Positions 60,883-64,000 of a stretch of 64,000 nt of DNA are shown piece by piece. Within the stretch, counting starts at the first letter, position 1. Each line of letters begins with the position of its first letter. The stretch is from Ardenticatenaceae bacterium (GTDB lineage: Bacteria > Chloroflexota > Anaerolineae > Promineifilales > Promineifilaceae), in contig JACKBX010000013.1 of assembly GCA_020634375.1 (NCBI GenBank), positions 23,127 through 87,126 of the forward strand, written 5' to 3'. A model generated the notes under the pieces. That model did no database searches. It worked only from the letters and a program-made list of their open reading frames with translations, and had not been told where the DNA came from. The position numbers were made by a program, and so were the translations under genes.

Positions 60883-61021
60883 GTCTGCTCCAAGATTAAA
60901 GATTGAGGGATAGCCCATTATGGGCAGCAATGACCCTGGCGTCAACTACAAGTAAAAGGGAATGAAGGCTAAGAATCACAGCTTACGCAGTCACAAAATG
61001 CGTCCTCTGCCTGATCTTATT

Positions 61022-61186
61022 ATTCACTCACTGAGTGAATGGCATTATGACACTGTCATAAATAATTATGACAGTGTGAAAATAATTTTTGACAGTGTCA
61101 TAATTATTTTTGACACTGTCAAAACCAAATTATACACTGTGAAATATAGACCTTCTCAGTGAGTACCATAAAGCATCTCACTGAGA
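61022..61186. promoter_or_regulatory. Array of five TGACA-N-TGTCA palindromes phased at exactly 21 bp, flanked by CTCA-N-TGAG palindromes (operator or iteron-like)
   Basis: Palindrome centres lie at 61053, 61074, 61095, 61116 and 61137. ATTCACTCA-C-TGAGTGAAT is at 61022-61040 and TCTCA-C-TGAGA at 61176-61186. AT-rich spacers. Confidence 0.6.
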
Positions 61187-61262
61187 CAATATTGTCTTTA
61201 GCCTAATAAACGCTTTCTGGTAAACTGGCAGCGGTAAACAACTTGACTACGGAGGCATCAAG

Positions 61263-62249
61263 ATGCACAAAGTTCGTTGGGGTCTGCTTTCTACTGCGAA
61301 TATCAACCGGCGTCTGATTCCGGCTATTCAGATGAGCGCACGCGGGGAGTTAACGGCCGTTGCCAGCCGCACCCTCCCCGCCGCCCAAACCTACGCTGCC
61401 CAATGGGGAATCCCCCGTGCCTTTGGCAGCTACGAAGCCATGCTGAACTCAGACGAAATTGACGCCGTGTACATCAGCCTGCCCAACCATCTGCACGCCG
61501 AATGGAGCGTTTACGCCCTGCGGCATGGCAAGCATGTCCTTTGCGAAAAACCCTTTGCGCTCACGCTGGATGAGGTAGACGCAATGACCGAGGCGGCGCA
61601 AGAAACTGGCAATATCCTTGCCGAGGCCTTCATGTACCGCCACCACCCGCAAACTAAAATCGCTAAAGCGTGGGTGGATGACGGCCGTCTAGGCGACATA
61701 ACCCTGCTGCGTGGTGCATTCAACTTTGCCTTTCGCAGCCGCGAGAACGTGCGCCTGGTTCCCGAATATGGCGGCGGCTGTTTGTGGGATGTAGGCATCT
61801 ACCCCCTCAGTCTGGCCCAATTCATCATGGGCGGGCCACCGCAGTGGGTGATGGGCAGCCAATGGATTGGCGACACAGGTGTGGATGAGTTTTTTGCCGG
61901 GCAGATGGGATATGGGAACGGCCGTATCGCCCAAATCACCGCCTCCTTCAACACCCCCTTTTACACCTTCGCCGAAATCATCGGCACACAGGGGCGGCTG
62001 ACGATGAATCGGCCGTTTGTCGGCCACAATGACGGCCAGCGCCAAATGCTTTTCCATCCTGCAAACGGCGAACCGCAAGAAATCCCCGTCCCCCAAAAAG
62101 AACTTTACCTCGGCGAAGTGGAGGACATGCACGCCGCCATTTTAGATGGCGCACCCAATTACCTCACCCTCACCGAAACGCGCAACCACATCAAAACCGC
62201 CCTCACCCTCTACGAATCCGCCCGCACCGGGCAGAAGTGTAGAGTATAG
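61263..62249 (+). CDS. Gfo/Idh/MocA-family oxidoreductase
   Basis: VRWGLLSTANI..R.IPA N-terminal Rossmann motif and the EKP motif (LCEKPFALT). GGAGG RBS. Confidence 0.85.
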   Translation: MHKVRWGLLSTANINRRLIPAIQMSARGELTAVASRTLPAAQTYAAQWGIPRAFGSYEAMLNSDEIDAVYISLPNHLHAEWSVYALRHGKHVLCEKPFALTLDEVDAMTEAAQETGNILAEAFMYRHHPQTKIAKAWVDDGRLGDITLLRGAFNFAFRSRENVRLVPEYGGGCLWDVGIYPLSLAQFIMGGPPQWVMGSQWIGDTGVDEFFAGQMGYGNGRIAQITASFNTPFYTFAEIIGTQGRLTMNRPFVGHNDGQRQMLFHPANGEPQEIPVPQKELYLGEVEDMHAAILDGAPNYLTLTETRNHIKTALTLYESARTGQKCRV

Positions 62250-62274
62250 AGATAGAGAACGCCGCTATACTCTT

Positions 62275-62457
62275 GTGATTTAGGTTTGGCGTTGCAGTGG
62301 ATGAGGTTTGTCTTTGCAGTAGCGAGGTTTAGCGTTGCAGTGGCGTGGTTTAGCGTTTAGCGTTGCAGTCGTGAGGTTTGTCTTTGCAGTAGTGAGGTTT
62401 CACGTTGCAGTGGCAAAAACAACCCTTTTTACTACGCCACTGCAAAATAACACCTCA
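62275..62457. repeat. Six tandem 21-22-bp units (GAGGTTTnnCnTTGCAGTR) plus one inverted unit
   Basis: TTGCAGT starts at 62292, 62314, 62335, 62363 (after a 7-nt TAGCGTT duplication), 62384 and 62405. The inverted copy CCACTGCAAAATAACACCTCAT is at 62436-62457. Confidence 0.7.
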
Positions 62458-62510
62458 TTTTTTTGCATTTCAGCTTTCTCCTACTTAAGTTGGACAAATC
62501 CTGAACAACT

Positions 62511-62839
62511 GTCATAAATCCAATCTGGAATTTTGTCTTTATTACGCGGTGCGGGCGGATTCGTAAAGTGCGAGGGCGGTTTTGCTTCAAATCCAATCTG
62601 GAATTTTGTCTTTGTTACACCCATGCAAAGACAAGCCTCATCTACTGTGCAATGCTAGCTTCAAATCCACTCTGGAATTTTGTCTTTGTTACACCATCCC
62701 TTCCGGGTAATCAAGCCCTTGTATCACTGGCTTCAAATCCAATCTGGAATTTTGTCTTTGTTACACATATATAGAGACACAGACAAAAAGGGGACTTTTC
62801 ATGCTTCAAATCCAATCTGGAATTTTGTCTTTGTTACAC
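62511..62839 (-). CRISPR. CRISPR array with five 37-nt repeats (the leftmost degenerate) and four spacers of 35-37 nt. No cas genes in the window.
   Basis: Repeat GCTTCAAATCCAATCTGGAATTTTGTCTTTGTTACAC at 62584, 62658 (1 mismatch), 62730 and 62803. A degenerate copy is at 62511. The orientation is inferred from the degenerate terminal repeat and from the minus-strand repeat ending ..GGATTTGAAGC. Confidence 0.85.
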
Positions 62840-63077
62840 GCCGATATTACTCCGTAACCAAATGCACCCTAAATTACTATAGATTGATGTGAATATTCAT
62901 GGCATTGTGCCATTTACATCCTATGAGAACATATATTCAGCACATTTTGCCCCACAAAAATTCGAGATCGAGCGGGAGCATCAATTCTATTATTTAGCAT
63001 CAAATCATTGTATAAGGACTAGTGGGGGCATTTGAACAGAATGTTACGGTTTCAACCGATGGGGTGTGACCATAATA

Positions 63078-63710
63078 TTACGATTTATTGGCTTTTTTGC
63101 GTAATTCCCGTGTCCGAATATAGTAACTGAGACTTTTGGGCGTGCCATACCCCAAATGACCTTCAACAATCCGGGTTTGCGGGATGCCTAACAAAAGCAG
63201 TTCTTGAATCCGCTCCCTATCCTTATCGTACATACTCGATTGAATTGTACCTTTGGGCTTCCCCAAGGTAACACCTTGCGCTTTTCTCGTTGCCAATGCC
63301 TCTTTCGTCCGGATCGAAATAAAGTCTCGCTCAATTTCTGCAAACAGCGCCAAAAAAGTAACCATAATTTTTGAGGTCATGTCCTGTAAGTCTTCACCCA
63401 AACGCAGTTTTTGTTTAATGATGAACACGGTAACGCCATAAGCAATGAGTTGGTTAATAAGGAGAATGACTTCACCTGTACTACGACCCAACCGACTGAG
63501 TTCGGTGACAAGTAGTCTGTCCCCAAGTTGCAGTTGCTCCTGCAATTCTTCAATGCGGCGTTGACGGCTACTTTGCCTGGAGGAACTTGTAACCTCAATA
63601 AAAGCATCAATTTTGATTCCCTCACGATGTGCAAATTCTAAAATCTCATGACGCTGATTTTTGACGTCCTGAGCCATTGTAGAGGCGCGGATGTAGGCGA
63701 TGGTTTTCAT
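63078..63710 (-). CDS. tnpR: Serine recombinase (resolvase/invertase)
   Basis: IAYIRASTMAQ (catalytic Ser context), VTELSRLGRS, FAEIERDFISIRTKEAL and a C-terminal HTH. Confidence 0.85.
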   Translation of the reverse strand: MKTIAYIRASTMAQDVKNQRHEILEFAHREGIKIDAFIEVTSSSRQSSRQRRIEELQEQLQLGDRLLVTELSRLGRSTGEVILLINQLIAYGVTVFIIKQKLRLGEDLQDMTSKIMVTFLALFAEIERDFISIRTKEALATRKAQGVTLGKPKGTIQSSMYDKDRERIQELLLLGIPQTRIVEGHLGYGTPKSLSYYIRTRELRKKANKS

Positions 63711-63785
63711 AATCTCAAGATAACCTCATTTTCCCCGTAATTGGTGCATAATCGGGATGACGATATGATAGGTTATCATGAGATT
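63711..63785. promoter_or_regulatory. res-like region between tnpR and tnpA
   Basis: Inverted repeat AATCTCAAGATAACC (63711-63725) / GGTTATCATGAGATT (63771-63785), and palindrome ATGATA-N3-TATCAT. Confidence 0.35.
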
Positions 63786-63846
63786 CTCGCGACATCAATA
63801 ATGATCGTTATCTATGCCTGCACTTCGGGCCAACCTGGTTATTTCT

Positions 63847-64000
63847 ATGACAGCCAAAGAGAAGTTCCTGTCCAACAAAAAACGCTACCAACCAATCACC
63901 CTTCCAGAAGAATTTTCTGATGAGGAAATGGTCCGAGACTGGACATTATCAGCCGATGATCTGCAGGAAATCATACAACGCCGCAAATATCGGACAGCAT
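63847..64000 (+). CDS. tnpA: Tn3-family transposase, N-terminal fragment (DUF4158-like), truncated by the window end
   Basis: My translation is MTAKEKFLSNKKRYQPITLPEEFSDEEMVRDWTLSADDLQEIIQRRKYRTA. The pattern F.DEE....WTLS.DD...I..RR is typical of Tn3 TnpA N-termini. Confidence 0.5.
   Translation, partial: MTAKEKFLSNKKRYQPITLPEEFSDEEMVRDWTLSADDLQEIIQRRKYRTA

Larger units (their letters stand above)
63024..64000. mobile_element. Left part of a Tn3-family transposon (candidate 38-bp IR, tnpR, res-like region, start of tnpA) that continues beyond the window
   Basis: GGGGGCATTTGAACAGAATGTTACGG.. at 63024 begins like Tn21-type IRs (GGGGGCA..). tnpR and tnpA are divergent, as in Tn3. Confidence 0.55.

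Noticed and set aside
60962-61162. 66-aa ORF (..YDTVINNYDSVKIIFDSVIIIFDTVKTKLYTV..)
   Set aside because: Its periodic peptide is just the translation of the 21-bp TGACANTGTCA array. There is no RBS.
62335-62892. Three 60-70-aa ORFs
   Set aside because: They are translations of the 21-bp tandem array and of the CRISPR repeats (note the repeated SNPIWNFVFVT peptide).
62840-64000. cas genes flanking the CRISPR array
   Set aside because: I looked on both sides. The left side is an oxidoreductase plus a tandem repeat, and the right side is a Tn3 resolvase and transposase. No Cas-like motifs are seen in the window.

Overview
This 64-kb window is chromosomal and probably comes from a Chloroflexota-like bacterium. 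Evidence: the 16S has CAGCAAGGAAT and a variant EUB338 site, and the window holds Flp-like pilins and a giant beta-helix/DUF11-type surface protein. All calls come from reading motifs by eye, with no database search.

Gene content, in order:
1. A 1843-aa protein, possibly truncated at the 5-prime window edge. It combines a GH-A-like region, three death-like (EAD-like) adaptor repeats, TPRs and a C-terminal McrB-type NTPase.
2. Housekeeping and transport genes: an ABC-2 exporter, a split purH, an HD protein, a SARP regulator, a BMP-type ABC importer with a tandem-duplicated binding protein, a CUT1 sugar importer, PPK2 and several dehydrogenases.
3. An Flp-like pilin followed by a 4276-aa beta-helix/Ig-repeat protein.
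4. A complete minus-strand rrn operon (16S, tRNA-Ile, tRNA-Ala, 23S, 5S).
5. An operon of STAS, GlgX, an RsbW-like kinase and a pseudo-receiver-GAF-PP2C phosphatase, with no sigma factor nearby.
6. A Crp/Fnr, ferredoxin and polytopic membrane protein cluster.
7. A 5-repeat CRISPR array with no cas genes, abutting the end of a Tn3-family transposon (candidate IR, tnpR, res-like site, tnpA start).

Three sequence-level signals cut across the genes:
- The palindrome ACGGCCGT occurs about 114 times by my hand count, against an expectation of about 1. It is absent from the rrn operon, the CRISPR/Tn3 end and an AT-rich SARP segment.
- Hairpins and tandems built from 7-nt units sit at gene boundaries.
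- Three separate arrays show strict 21-bp (3 x 7) phasing.

The best candidates for novel biology are the EAD-TPR-McrB fusion protein, the partner-switching cassette with glgX embedded in it, and the HIP-like and 7n repeat systems.
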